In this document: piece by piece, positions 7,335 through 17,138 of the stretch | Layout: each line of letters opens with the position of its first letter | How positions within the stretch are numbered: the first letter of the stretch is position 1 | NCBI GenBank assembly: GCA_036930585.1 | Contig: GCA_036930585.1_3066.1 | Strand: one strand, 5' to 3' | From: a phage | DNA length: 64,000 bases | Program-made: the position numbers and the translations under genes | Notes under the pieces: generated by a model | Databases searched by the model: none | What the model saw: the letters and a program-made list of their open reading frames with translations, nothing else | Told to the model about the DNA's origin: nothing

Positions 7335-7373
7335 GATAGGGTAATAGTATCACAACTAAAACCCTATGTAAAC
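7335..7373 (-). promoter_or_regulatory. early promoter + hairpin cassette, copy B
   Basis: GTTTAC-N18-TGaTACTAT on minus strand; stem ATAGGGT/ACCCTAT; shares 35 bp upstream sequence with copy C. Confidence 0.5.
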
Positions 7374-7385
7374 AACTTTGTGAAA

Positions 7386-7643
7386 TTATTTTAAATCTTC
7401 TAATCGTTTCTTCATCTTAGAACCATTTTTAGCAATTTCTCCTGCATCGGAGCATAATGCTAAAAGTGCTTTAACTTTAGTTTGGTCTCCTTTAAAAGAT
7501 GAAGGATCGACCGCAGCAGCAAGTTCTTTAATACGAGAGAAAAGACGCTCAGCTTCAGCTAAAGCCATTCCAAGCTTTACTTCCATACCGTGGGAAGATT
7601 CAGTGATAGTAGTTTTTGTAGCAAACTCTTTGAAAGTTTTCAT
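7386..7643 (-). CDS. internal-protein-like small protein with CTS-like N-terminus (85 aa)
   Basis: N-terminus MKTFKEFATK...ITE (CTS-like); C-terminal codons EDLK-stop and downstream 35 bp identical to the 3' end of 57B. Confidence 0.55.
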   Translation of the reverse strand: MKTFKEFATKTTITESSHGMEVKLGMALAEAERLFSRIKELAAAVDPSSFKGDQTKVKALLALCSDAGEIAKNGSKMKKRLEDLK

Positions 7644-7665
7644 TTTTATTTTCCTAATTAATTTT

Positions 7666-7704
7666 GATGAGGTAATAGTATCACTACCTCATCAGTATGT
7701 AAAC
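7666..7704 (-). promoter_or_regulatory. early promoter + hairpin cassette, copy C
   Basis: GTTTAC-N18-TGaTACTAT; stem GATGAGG/CCTCATC differs from copy A by paired (compensatory) substitutions. Confidence 0.5.
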
Positions 7705-7716
7705 AACTTTGTGAAA

Positions 7717-8401
<685 letters not shown>

Positions 8402-8402
<1 letters not shown>

Positions 8403-9127
8403 TATAGTACCTTTAGTGTATTTTTAATTTTAGAAAAAAGTTCTTCAAGAGAACCATCGTTTGTAATTACTAAATCGCCATCACGAATTGGCAATCCAGC
8501 TTCTGTAATATGTGTATCATTGGATTTTTGACCAGGACGAACTACATGAATTACTGTAGCACCCATCGCCCTAGCCGCATCCATTTCATGATCTTGACGG
8601 GTATCAGGAACGATATAATAATCATAACCTGAGTTAAATTTATCAAGATAATCTAAAGCAAATAATTTTACCCAGTACATGCGGTCGAAGTTATTAACAA
8701 TCAAATCCGTACCTAGGGCTTGCATCAGACGACGGACTGACCATTGATCTTCAATATTATTTATAACGTCAATAATCTTGTTAAATGCTACGGAATTAAC
8801 TGATTCTTGTCCTTCGTCATCAAAAACAAACACACCTTTAATTGGGCTTTTACCATTAAGATAGCAAAATGCTTGTTCCATAATCGTGATTACTTCTAAT
8901 TTAGTTAGATTTAAATTAGTCTCACGATCATAGTCAATTCCTTCAAACTCTTTACGAGTTAAGCAAGGATAGTCGGTATTTGCTGCAAATACTCCCCATG
9001 CATAAGCCAATGCATCCTTAATAGGACCAGCAAGTTGGTATTTAACTGCAGAATAATTGCTCATGATAAAATCAGCAGTAGTATCTTTTCCACTACGCTT
9101 TACACCGCTTAAAAAGATTAGTTTCAT
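8402..9127 (-). CDS. 1: deoxynucleoside monophosphate kinase (gene 1)
   Basis: 241 aa; P-loop GVKRSGKDT; matches recalled T4 gp1. Confidence 0.9.
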
Positions 9128-9176
9128 ATGTTTCTCCTCAAATTTAGTTAAGATTATAACACATGAAACTGAAGCA

Positions 9177-9707
9177 TTAAACTTCCGCTATAATTTTTCC
9201 ATCTTTTTCTACTTGAAAATACGTATAAGGAATCGTTGCTGTACATACTAAAGCCGGGTCTGAATCTTCTGTGTAGCTAAATTCTACTTCAGATAGGTCA
9301 GAAACCCAAGGCTTATAAAAATTTATTGACATCACGATTTCAGTTTTGCTATTATCTAAAATGTAAAGCGTAATGTATTCAGGACCTGTTTTTTGGGCAG
9401 TATTTTCACCTGTAAGATAGTTGCTAGTTCCTAGCATCCATTCATACATTCCTATCCATGACTTAAGTTCTTCATCAACTATAAATCTCACGATGAGTGG
9501 ATCGTACTCAAATGTAGCACCTGGACGTTGTGCTCGGCCCAGTCCAAACGGCCCAGTCACGGTATCAGTAACAGGTATTCTAATTCCTGGAATAGGAACT
9601 GACTGAGCATTTAAAGTAAAAGCAGATGTAGTATTACTATGTGGTATTGATACTACAAAGTTAGTTGTATTTGCTTGGTTAAAAATTTGTTGCAGTGCTT
9701 GCGACAT
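9177..9707 (-). CDS. 3: tail completion / sheath stabiliser gp3 (176 aa)
   Basis: Track ORF 9177..9788 trimmed to in-frame ATG giving MSQALQQIFNQ and the T4 gp3 length of 176 aa. Confidence 0.8.
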   Translation of the reverse strand: MSQALQQIFNQANTTNFVVSIPHSNTTSAFTLNAQSVPIPGIRIPVTDTVTGPFGLGRAQRPGATFEYDPLIVRFIVDEELKSWIGMYEWMLGTSNYLTGENTAQKTGPEYITLYILDNSKTEIVMSINFYKPWVSDLSEVEFSYTEDSDPALVCTATIPYTYFQVEKDGKIIAEV

Positions 9708-9813
9708 ATATTCCTCATAATGCTTTATAACTGTTGGTGGTATAATGGGTCTAAGTCCCTTCCATTCAATTCCATTTAGAACAAACAACAGAAAAGAATG
9801 GAAGATAATAGAA

Positions 9814-10638
9814 TTAGATATTTGACCAGACTTTGTTTGCAGAGAAACGTTTTCCTTTGGAGTAGAAGCTTTGGAGTGGCATCAACACAACGTTCGCCCA
9901 GTCTTTCGGGGCGATTTCAACAAGGCTACCCATAATATTACCAGGTATATATGCCTTAATCATTTGGTCTGCACCCCTAAATCCTTTCACTTGACTCCAA
10001 TCAATTTTTAATTTCGTTTTATTAGTAATAGTAGGTGTATTTGCATATTGCTTTAAAAGCTCTTCTAGAAACTGTTGACGAGCTTTAGGTGGAATATAGT
10101 GCAAGTTCAATCCGTACATTAAATTATGCTTACCTAAACCAAGGTAAATTATCAAAGGAAATTTATCCCAGTAAGGAAGAGTTTCCTTGTGTTTAGCATC
10201 ATAAGCAAAAGCATATATTCGTCCCGGCTGCGGGCGAACAACTTTATGTCCTTTTACTTGCTTAATAGTTTCAGCAAACCACTTTCTGGTTTTATTATTA
10301 ATTGCTGCGCCTTCATTACGAATTTTATCGCGCAATGTTTGTCTGAATGAATTTATCATAAGCAGTTGTCTTTCTTGCTTATTGAGTTTATTCATTGGTT
10401 TTGATTCAAGCTTTTGAATCTTTTCAGCCGTTTTAATTCCTGAAGCATATTTTGACATTGCTGAAGTAAACGTAGAGTATTTGATTCCTCTTTCTTCAGC
10501 AAATTGCTTTCCTGTCATTCCTTTTGCTTTGGCCTTTTTATATTCAAGACCTATCTGAATCCATTTCTTTTCGTTTAATGATTGCTTAACCTTTGGAACT
10601 TGGGGAGTGCTTTCATTAATTATTTGAAAAATAGCCAT
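9814..10638 (-). CDS. 2: DNA end protector protein gp2
   Basis: 274 aa, basic protein; T4 order 1-3-2-4. Confidence 0.85.
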   Translation of the reverse strand: MAIFQIINESTPQVPKVKQSLNEKKWIQIGLEYKKAKAKGMTGKQFAEERGIKYSTFTSAMSKYASGIKTAEKIQKLESKPMNKLNKQERQLLMINSFRQTLRDKIRNEGAAINNKTRKWFAETIKQVKGHKVVRPQPGRIYAFAYDAKHKETLPYWDKFPLIIYLGLGKHNLMYGLNLHYIPPKARQQFLEELLKQYANTPTITNKTKLKIDWSQVKGFRGADQMIKAYIPGNIMGSLVEIAPKDWANVVLMPLQSFYSKGKRFSANKVWSNI

Positions 10639-11090
10639 TATGCCCCCTTAAAGCCAAGAGCTCGTAATCCATCTTCTGTCAGAATTCTAAATTTTATTCC
10701 ACGCTTTTCAGCTAAAGCTTGCGCTGCTTTCCATTTGTCGGTATTAACGGAATATGTATAAATTTCATTCATAAATCTTTTCTTCGCTGCGGTTGTTAGA
10801 TGTGCTGGTTTAACTGGTGGTTGTGTTTCTTTTTTAGGCTTTATTTCAATAAAAAATTCTTGCCCAGAAGAATCTTTCATCCAAATATCCATGAAGTATC
10901 TACGTTTTTTCCCTTCGGCATTACAAAAATAAGGAATTACTGCTGTTTCACTACCCCATGCAATAATTTCTGGATTTTTATCTAACCATTCAAAAAAGAA
11001 TTTTTCCCAATTTGATCTATACGTAATTTTTTTAGGGTCACCTCTATACTTTGATATATTTTTAGGAACCCATTTTCCAGAATATGCCAT
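10638..11090 (-). CDS. 4: head completion protein gp4
   Basis: 150 aa; synteny between genes 2 and 53. Confidence 0.85.
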   Translation of the reverse strand: MAYSGKWVPKNISKYRGDPKKITYRSNWEKFFFEWLDKNPEIIAWGSETAVIPYFCNAEGKKRRYFMDIWMKDSSGQEFFIEIKPKKETQPPVKPAHLTTAAKKRFMNEIYTYSVNTDKWKAAQALAEKRGIKFRILTEDGLRALGFKGA

Positions 11091-11101
11091 TGGATTCTCC
11101 T

Positions 11102-11109
11102 TATAAATA
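11102..11109 (+). promoter_or_regulatory. late promoter TATAAATA (gene 53)
   Basis: Exact TATAAATA about 29 nt upstream of ATG 11138. Confidence 0.6.
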
Positions 11110-11116
11110 GATAATA

Positions 11117-11124
11117 TATTTATA
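11117..11124 (-). promoter_or_regulatory. divergent late promoter TATAAATA (gene 4)
   Basis: Reverse complement of TATTTATA; about 27 nt upstream of gene 4 ATG (11090). Confidence 0.45.
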
Positions 11125-11137
11125 AACAGGAGGGCCC

Positions 11138-11728
11138 ATGCTCTTTACATTTTTTGATCCGATTGAATATGCGGCCAAAACGGTGAATAAAAACGCGCCG
11201 ACTATTCCTATGACAGATATTTTTAGAAACTATAAAGACTATTTTAAACGCGCTCTTGCGGGATACCGCTTACGTACTTATTATATCAAAGGTTCACCAC
11301 GCCCGGAAGAATTAGCAAATACTATATATGGAAATCCACAGTTGTATTGGGTTTTATTGATGTGTAATGATAATTATGACCCGTATTATGGATGGATTAC
11401 TTCACAAGAAGCAGCTTATCAAGCATCTATACAAAAATACAAAAATGTAGGTGGAGACCAAATAGTATATCATGTGAATGAGAACGGTGAAAAATTTTAT
11501 AATTTAATATCATACGATGATAATCCATATGTTTGGTATGATAAAGGTGATAAAGCTAGAAAATATCCTCAATATGAAGGAGCACTTGCTGCTGTTAATA
11601 CGTATGAAGATGCTGTTCTTGAAAATGAAAAACTTCGTCAAATAAAAATAATAGCAAAATCAGACATTAATTCATTTATGAACGACCTTATACGTATAAT
11701 GGAGAAATCTTATGGAAATGATAAGTAA
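11138..11728 (+). CDS. 53: baseplate wedge protein gp53
   Basis: 196 aa; synteny 4-53-5; overlaps gene 5 start. Confidence 0.9.
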   Translation: MLFTFFDPIEYAAKTVNKNAPTIPMTDIFRNYKDYFKRALAGYRLRTYYIKGSPRPEELANTIYGNPQLYWVLLMCNDNYDPYYGWITSQEAAYQASIQKYKNVGGDQIVYHVNENGEKFYNLISYDDNPYVWYDKGDKARKYPQYEGALAAVNTYEDAVLENEKLRQIKIIAKSDINSFMNDLIRIMEKSYGNDK

Positions 11729-13442
11729 TAACCTTAATTGGTTTGTTGGTGTTGTTGAAGATAGAATGGACCCATTAAAATTAGGTCGTGTTCGTGTTCG
11801 TGTGGTTGGTCTGCATCCACCTCAAAGAGCACAAGGCGATGTAATGGGTATTCCAACTGAAAAATTACCATGGATGTCAGTTATTCAACCTATAACTTCT
11901 GCAGCAATGTCTGGAATTGGAGGTTCTGTTACTGGACCGGTAGAAGGAACTAGAGTTTATGGTCATTTTTTAGACAAATGGAAAACTAACGGAATTGTCC
12001 TTGGCACGTATGGTGGAATAGTTCGCGAAAAACCTAATAGACTTGAAGGATTTTCTGATCCGACTGGACAGTATCCTAGACGTCTAGGAAATGATACTAA
12101 CGTATTAAACCAAGGCGGAGAAGTAGGATATGATTCGTCTTCTAATATTATCCAAGATAGCAATCTAGACACTGCGATAAATCCTGATGATAGACCACTA
12201 TCAGAGATTCCAACTGATGATAATCCAAATATGTCAATGGCTGAAATGCTTCGCCGTGATGAAGGATTAAGACTAAAAGTTTATTGGGATACCGAAGGAT
12301 ATCCGACAATTGGTATTGGTCATCTTATCATGAAGCAGCCAGTTCGTGATATGGCTCAAATTAATAAAGTTTTATCAAAACAAGTTGGTCGTGAAATTAC
12401 TGGAAACCCAGGTTCTATTACAATGGAAGAGGCGACAGCTTTATTTGAGCGTGATTTGGCTGATATGCAACGTGACATTAAATCACATTCTAAAGTTGGC
12501 CCAGTCTGGCAAGCTGTCAACCGTTCTCGTCAAATGGCATTAGAAAATATGGCATTTCAGATGGGTGTTGGTGGTGTAGCTAAATTTAACACAATGTTAA
12601 CTGCTATGTTAGCCGGAGATTGGGAAAAGGCATATAAAGCTGGTCGTGATTCATTGTGGTATCAACAAACAAAAGGCCGTGCATCCCGTGTTACCATGAT
12701 TATTCTTACGGGGAATTTGGAATCATACGGTGTTGAAGTAAAAACCCCAGCTAGGTCTCTATCAGCAATGACTGCTACTGTAGCTAAATCTTCTGACCCG
12801 GCTGATCCTCCTATTCCAAATGACTCTAGAATTTTATTCAAAGAACCAGTTTCTTCATATAAAGGCGAATATCCTTATGTGCACACAATGGAAACTGAAA
12901 GTGGACATATTCAGGAATTTGATGATACTCCTGGGCAAGAACGATACAGATTAGTTCATCCAACTGGAACTTATGAAGAAGTATCACCGTCAGGAAGAAG
13001 AACAAGAAAAACTGTCGATAATTTGTATGATATAACCAACGCTGATGGTAATTTTTTGGTAGCCGGTGATAAAAAGACTAACGTCGGTGGATCAGAAATT
13101 TATTACAACATGGATAATCGTCTTCACCAAATAGATGGAAGCAATACAATATTTGTACGTGGCGATGAAACTAAGACAGTTGAAGGCAATGGAACTATCC
13201 TAGTTAAAGGTAATGTTACTATTGTAGTTGAAGGTAATGCTGACATTACAGTTAAAGGAGATGCTACCACTTTAGTTGAAGGAAATCAAACTAACACAGT
13301 AAATGGAAATCTTTCTTGGAAAGTTGCTGGGACAGTTGATTGGGACGTTGGTGGTGATTGGACAGAAAAAATGGCATCTATGAGTTCTATTTCATCTGGT
13401 CAATACACAATTGATGGTAGCCGTGTGGATATTGGGTTATAA
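11712..13442 (+). CDS. 5: baseplate central spike / tail lysozyme gp5
   Basis: N-term MEMISNNLNWF, OB-fold region, lysozyme motif DEGLRLKVYWDTEGYPTIGIGHL, C-terminal VxGxxxxx beta-helix repeats. Confidence 0.95.
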   Translation: MEMISNNLNWFVGVVEDRMDPLKLGRVRVRVVGLHPPQRAQGDVMGIPTEKLPWMSVIQPITSAAMSGIGGSVTGPVEGTRVYGHFLDKWKTNGIVLGTYGGIVREKPNRLEGFSDPTGQYPRRLGNDTNVLNQGGEVGYDSSSNIIQDSNLDTAINPDDRPLSEIPTDDNPNMSMAEMLRRDEGLRLKVYWDTEGYPTIGIGHLIMKQPVRDMAQINKVLSKQVGREITGNPGSITMEEATALFERDLADMQRDIKSHSKVGPVWQAVNRSRQMALENMAFQMGVGGVAKFNTMLTAMLAGDWEKAYKAGRDSLWYQQTKGRASRVTMIILTGNLESYGVEVKTPARSLSAMTATVAKSSDPADPPIPNDSRILFKEPVSSYKGEYPYVHTMETESGHIQEFDDTPGQERYRLVHPTGTYEEVSPSGRRTRKTVDNLYDITNADGNFLVAGDKKTNVGGSEIYYNMDNRLHQIDGSNTIFVRGDETKTVEGNGTILVKGNVTIVVEGNADITVKGDATTLVEGNQTNTVNGNLSWKVAGTVDWDVGGDWTEKMASMSSISSGQYTIDGSRVDIGL

Positions 13443-13460
13443 ATAATTCAGAGGTAAATT

Positions 13461-14324
13461 ATGAAGAAATCCAAAACCATACAATTCCGTTACATTTATA
13501 AATCAACAGTAACCAACCCAAAGGGGTTGGTTCGAATATATATAGGAAAGCATGAATCCAGATATTTTAATCTAGAGGATGATAATTACGTAGGAAGCGG
13601 GGATTATATACAAAAGATTAAAAACAAACCAGGCTATGCTATAGATTTCGAAATTATCGAATTCGTTTCAACACTCGATGTTTTAAATGAAAGAGAAAAA
13701 TTTTGGATATCTGAATATAGAAAAACGGGCCAGTGTGTTAATATAAAAGACGGTGGAGATGGATTTTCTTCAAACGATTTAAAACGAATGTGGTCTAATC
13801 CTGAGTATCGAGAAACTCAACTTAAAGCTTTGGCAAAAGGAAAATCTACAAAAGAATTTTCAGAAAAAATTTCAAAAATTAATAAACTTAGATGTTCGGA
13901 ATCGGAATATCGAAAGAAAATGAGTAATGCGATGAAAACTGCTTTTGAAAATGATCCCACATTAAAAATTCGTATTTCTAATACTGTCAAATCTTTATGG
14001 AAATCCGATGAATATAGAAACAAATTAATTAATCATCCAGGAAAAATAGAAGGAACGAAAAAATCCTGGAATAATCCTTTAATAAGAAAATCAAGATTAG
14101 ATACTAGAAATAAAAAACTAAGATCAGTTGAACCTTGGATTAGTATTGAAAAAGTCAAAAAACTTTGGGAGGATTTGGGAAAACCTCATCCGCAGAAATA
14201 TAAATGGTTTAGAGAAAAAGCAATTGAACATAATCTACCGGATGTAAGTTATAACGCAATTTTAAAAGCATTGAAAAAATGTGATTATAAATTTACACCA
14301 TTGGAGAATTCAATAATTGGCTAA
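13461..14324 (+). CDS. free-standing GIY-YIG homing endonuclease (Seg-like, 287 aa)
   Basis: GIY-YIG core YIYKS...RIYIGKH...NEREKFWISEY; C-terminal NUMOD-like repeats (WSNPEYRETQL, LWKSDEYRNKL, SWNNPLIRKSR). Confidence 0.75.
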   Translation: MKKSKTIQFRYIYKSTVTNPKGLVRIYIGKHESRYFNLEDDNYVGSGDYIQKIKNKPGYAIDFEIIEFVSTLDVLNEREKFWISEYRKTGQCVNIKDGGDGFSSNDLKRMWSNPEYRETQLKALAKGKSTKEFSEKISKINKLRCSESEYRKKMSNAMKTAFENDPTLKIRISNTVKSLWKSDEYRNKLINHPGKIEGTKKSWNNPLIRKSRLDTRNKKLRSVEPWISIEKVKKLWEDLGKPHPQKYKWFREKAIEHNLPDVSYNAILKALKKCDYKFTPLENSIIG

Positions 14325-14358
14325 TATACTTCCTTTAAATACCGACTTAGGAGAATCC

Positions 14359-14853
14359 ATGGAAGGTTCTTCTATCGACGTCACCTTTACCGCTCAATTA
14401 GAAACAGGTGAAACGTTAGTATCTATAAATATAACTAGTTACGAAGAAACTCCTGGGGTTTTAGTAGAAGAAAATCGCTTATACGGAACATATGAATCTG
14501 TGTTTGGATTTGGAAATGACGCGTTGAAATATCGTTTAGGCGATGAATTTAAAACTGCTGCTTCATGGGAAGAACTTCCTACTGATTCTGATACTCAGTT
14601 GTATTTATGGAAAGCTCCTCAAAACCTCCAGAAGACATTCACTTACGAAGTAACATTAATATATGACTACCAAGAACAAAGTGAATCTGGAGGTTCTGGC
14701 AGTAATTCTAGGTCATCTTCTGATACTACTGAACCGACAGATCCTCCTGCTCCAGTAAGAAAAACTCTCGTTAAAAATTATACTAAAACTATAGTTGGAA
14801 ATTGGAGTCGTTGGGCTAATAAATTAAGAAGCTATGTGTATGAGAGGTCATAG
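14359..14853 (+). CDS. hypothetical protein 5.1-like (164 aa)
   Basis: Track ORF begins on TTG; first ATG (MEGSSIDV) has TAGGAG SD 5 nt upstream; Gly/Ser-rich linker. Confidence 0.6.
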
Positions 14854-15147
14854 ATGTCAGGATTAAGTTATGATAAATGTGTTACTGCTGGTCATGAAGC
14901 ATGGCCTCCAACAGTTGTGAATGCTACACAAAGTAAAGTATTCACTGGAGGAATTGCTGTTCTCGTAGCAGGTGATCCAATTACAGAACATACAGAAATT
15001 AAAAAGCCATATGAAACACATGGCGGAGTGACACAACCTAGAACTTCTAAGGTATATGTCACTGGAAAGAAAGCTGTTCAAATGGCTGATCCAATATCAT
15101 GCGGTGATACTGTGGCTCAGGCATCATCTAAAGTATTCATTAAATAG
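14854..15147 (+). CDS. 5.4: PAAR-repeat spike tip protein gp5.4
   Basis: 97 aa; [22 protein letters not shown] matches recalled T4 gp5.4. Confidence 0.85.
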
Positions 15148-15155
15148 GATTCAAA

Positions 15156-17138
15156 ATGGCAAATACCCCTGTAAATTATCAATTAACAAGAACAGCAAAT
15201 GCTATTCCCGAGATATTCGTCGGGGGTACGTTTGCTGAAATAAAACAAAACCTCATTGAATGGCTTAATGGCCAAAATGAATTTTTGGATTATGATTTTG
15301 AAGGCTCAAGATTAAACGTTCTGTGTGACCTTTTAGCTTATAATACATTGTACATTCAACAGTTTGGTAATGCTGCTGTGTATGAAAGCTTTATGCGTAC
15401 TGCTAACTTACGAAGTTCAGTTGTTCAAGCTGCACAAGATAACGGATATTTACCTACTTCAAAATCCGCTGCGCAGACCGAAATTATGTTAACATGCACC
15501 GACGCATTGAATAGGAATTACATTACTATTCCTCGCGGAACTCGCTTTTTAGCATATGCAAAAGATACTTCTGTTAATCCATATAACTTCGTTTCTACCG
15601 AAGACGTTATTGCTATTCGTGATAAAAATAACCAATATTTTCCGCGTTTAAAATTGGCCCAGGGACGTATAGTAAGAACTGAAATCATTTATGATAAATT
15701 AACACCTATTATCATTTATGATAAAAATATTGATAGAAACCAGGTTAAATTATACGTTAATGGAGCAGAATGGATTAACTGGACAAGAAAGTCAATGGTT
15801 CATGCTGGTTCTACATCGACAATTTACTACATGCGTGAAACTATTGATGGAAATACTGAATTCTATTTTGGTGAAGGTGAAATTTCTGTTAATGCTTCTG
15901 AAGGAGCTTTGACCGCTAATTATATCGGAGGTCTTAAACCTACTCAGAACTCTACGATTGTTATTGAGTACATCAGTACTAATGGTGCTGACGCGAACGG
16001 AGCAGTCGGATTTTCATACGCAGATACATTAACAAATATAACTGTCATCAATATTAATGAAAATCCAAACGATGACCCAGATTTTGTTGGGGCAGATGGC
16101 GGCGGTGATCCAGAAGATATTGAGCGTATCCGCGAATTGGGTACTATTAAACGCGAAACCCAGCAACGCTGCGTAACTGCGACTGACTATGATACATTCG
16201 TTTCAGAGAGATTTGGTTCTATTATTCAAGCAGTTCAGACTTTCACTGATTCTACTAAACCTGGTTATGCATTTATTGCTGCTAAACCTAAATCAGGCCT
16301 GTATTTAACTACTGTACAGCGTGAAGATATTAAAAATTATCTCAAAGACTATAATTTAGCTCCTATTACGCCATCAATTATTTCTCCTAATTATCTTTTT
16401 ATTAAGACTAATTTAAAAGTCACATATGCTTTAAATAAGCTGCAAGAATCCGAACAGTGGCTCGAAGGTCAAATAATTGATAAAATTGATCGTTATTATA
16501 CCGAAGACGTAGAAATTTTTAATTCATCTTTCGCTAAATCTAAGATGTTGACATATGTAGATGATGCAGATCATTCTATCATTGGCTCATCAGCGACAAT
16601 TCAAATTGTTCGTGAAGTACAAAACTTCTATAAAACGCCTGAAGCAGGTATTAAATACAATAATCAAATAAAAGATCGTTCTATGGAATCTAATACGTTT
16701 TCATTTAATTCTGGACGAAAGGTTGTAAATCCTGATACTGGTTTAGAAGAAGATGTATTATATGACGTTCGCATAGTATCAACAGACCGAGATTCTAAAG
16801 GAATTGGTAAAGTTATTATTGGTCCATTTGCTTCTGGCGATGTTACAGAAAATGAAAACATTCAGCCATATACAGGCAACGATTTTAACAAATTAGCAAA
16901 TTCTGATGGACGCGACAAATACTATGTTATCGGTGAAATAAATTATCCAGCTGATGTGATTTATTGGAATATCGCTAAAATTAATTTAACATCTGAAAAA
17001 TTTGAAGTTCAGACCATCGAATTATATTCTGACCCAACCGATGATGTTATCTTTACTCGCGACGGTTCACTGATTGTATTTGAAAATGACTTACGTCCAC
17101 AATACTTAACTATCGATTTGGAGCCTATATCACAATGA
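15156..17138 (+). CDS. 6: baseplate wedge protein gp6
   Basis: 660 aa; synteny; ATGA overlap with gene 7. Confidence 0.9.
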   Translation: MANTPVNYQLTRTANAIPEIFVGGTFAEIKQNLIEWLNGQNEFLDYDFEGSRLNVLCDLLAYNTLYIQQFGNAAVYESFMRTANLRSSVVQAAQDNGYLPTSKSAAQTEIMLTCTDALNRNYITIPRGTRFLAYAKDTSVNPYNFVSTEDVIAIRDKNNQYFPRLKLAQGRIVRTEIIYDKLTPIIIYDKNIDRNQVKLYVNGAEWINWTRKSMVHAGSTSTIYYMRETIDGNTEFYFGEGEISVNASEGALTANYIGGLKPTQNSTIVIEYISTNGADANGAVGFSYADTLTNITVININENPNDDPDFVGADGGGDPEDIERIRELGTIKRETQQRCVTATDYDTFVSERFGSIIQAVQTFTDSTKPGYAFIAAKPKSGLYLTTVQREDIKNYLKDYNLAPITPSIISPNYLFIKTNLKVTYALNKLQESEQWLEGQIIDKIDRYYTEDVEIFNSSFAKSKMLTYVDDADHSIIGSSATIQIVREVQNFYKTPEAGIKYNNQIKDRSMESNTFSFNSGRKVVNPDTGLEEDVLYDVRIVSTDRDSKGIGKVIIGPFASGDVTENENIQPYTGNDFNKLANSDGRDKYYVIGEINYPADVIYWNIAKINLTSEKFEVQTIELYSDPTDDVIFTRDGSLIVFENDLRPQYLTIDLEPISQ

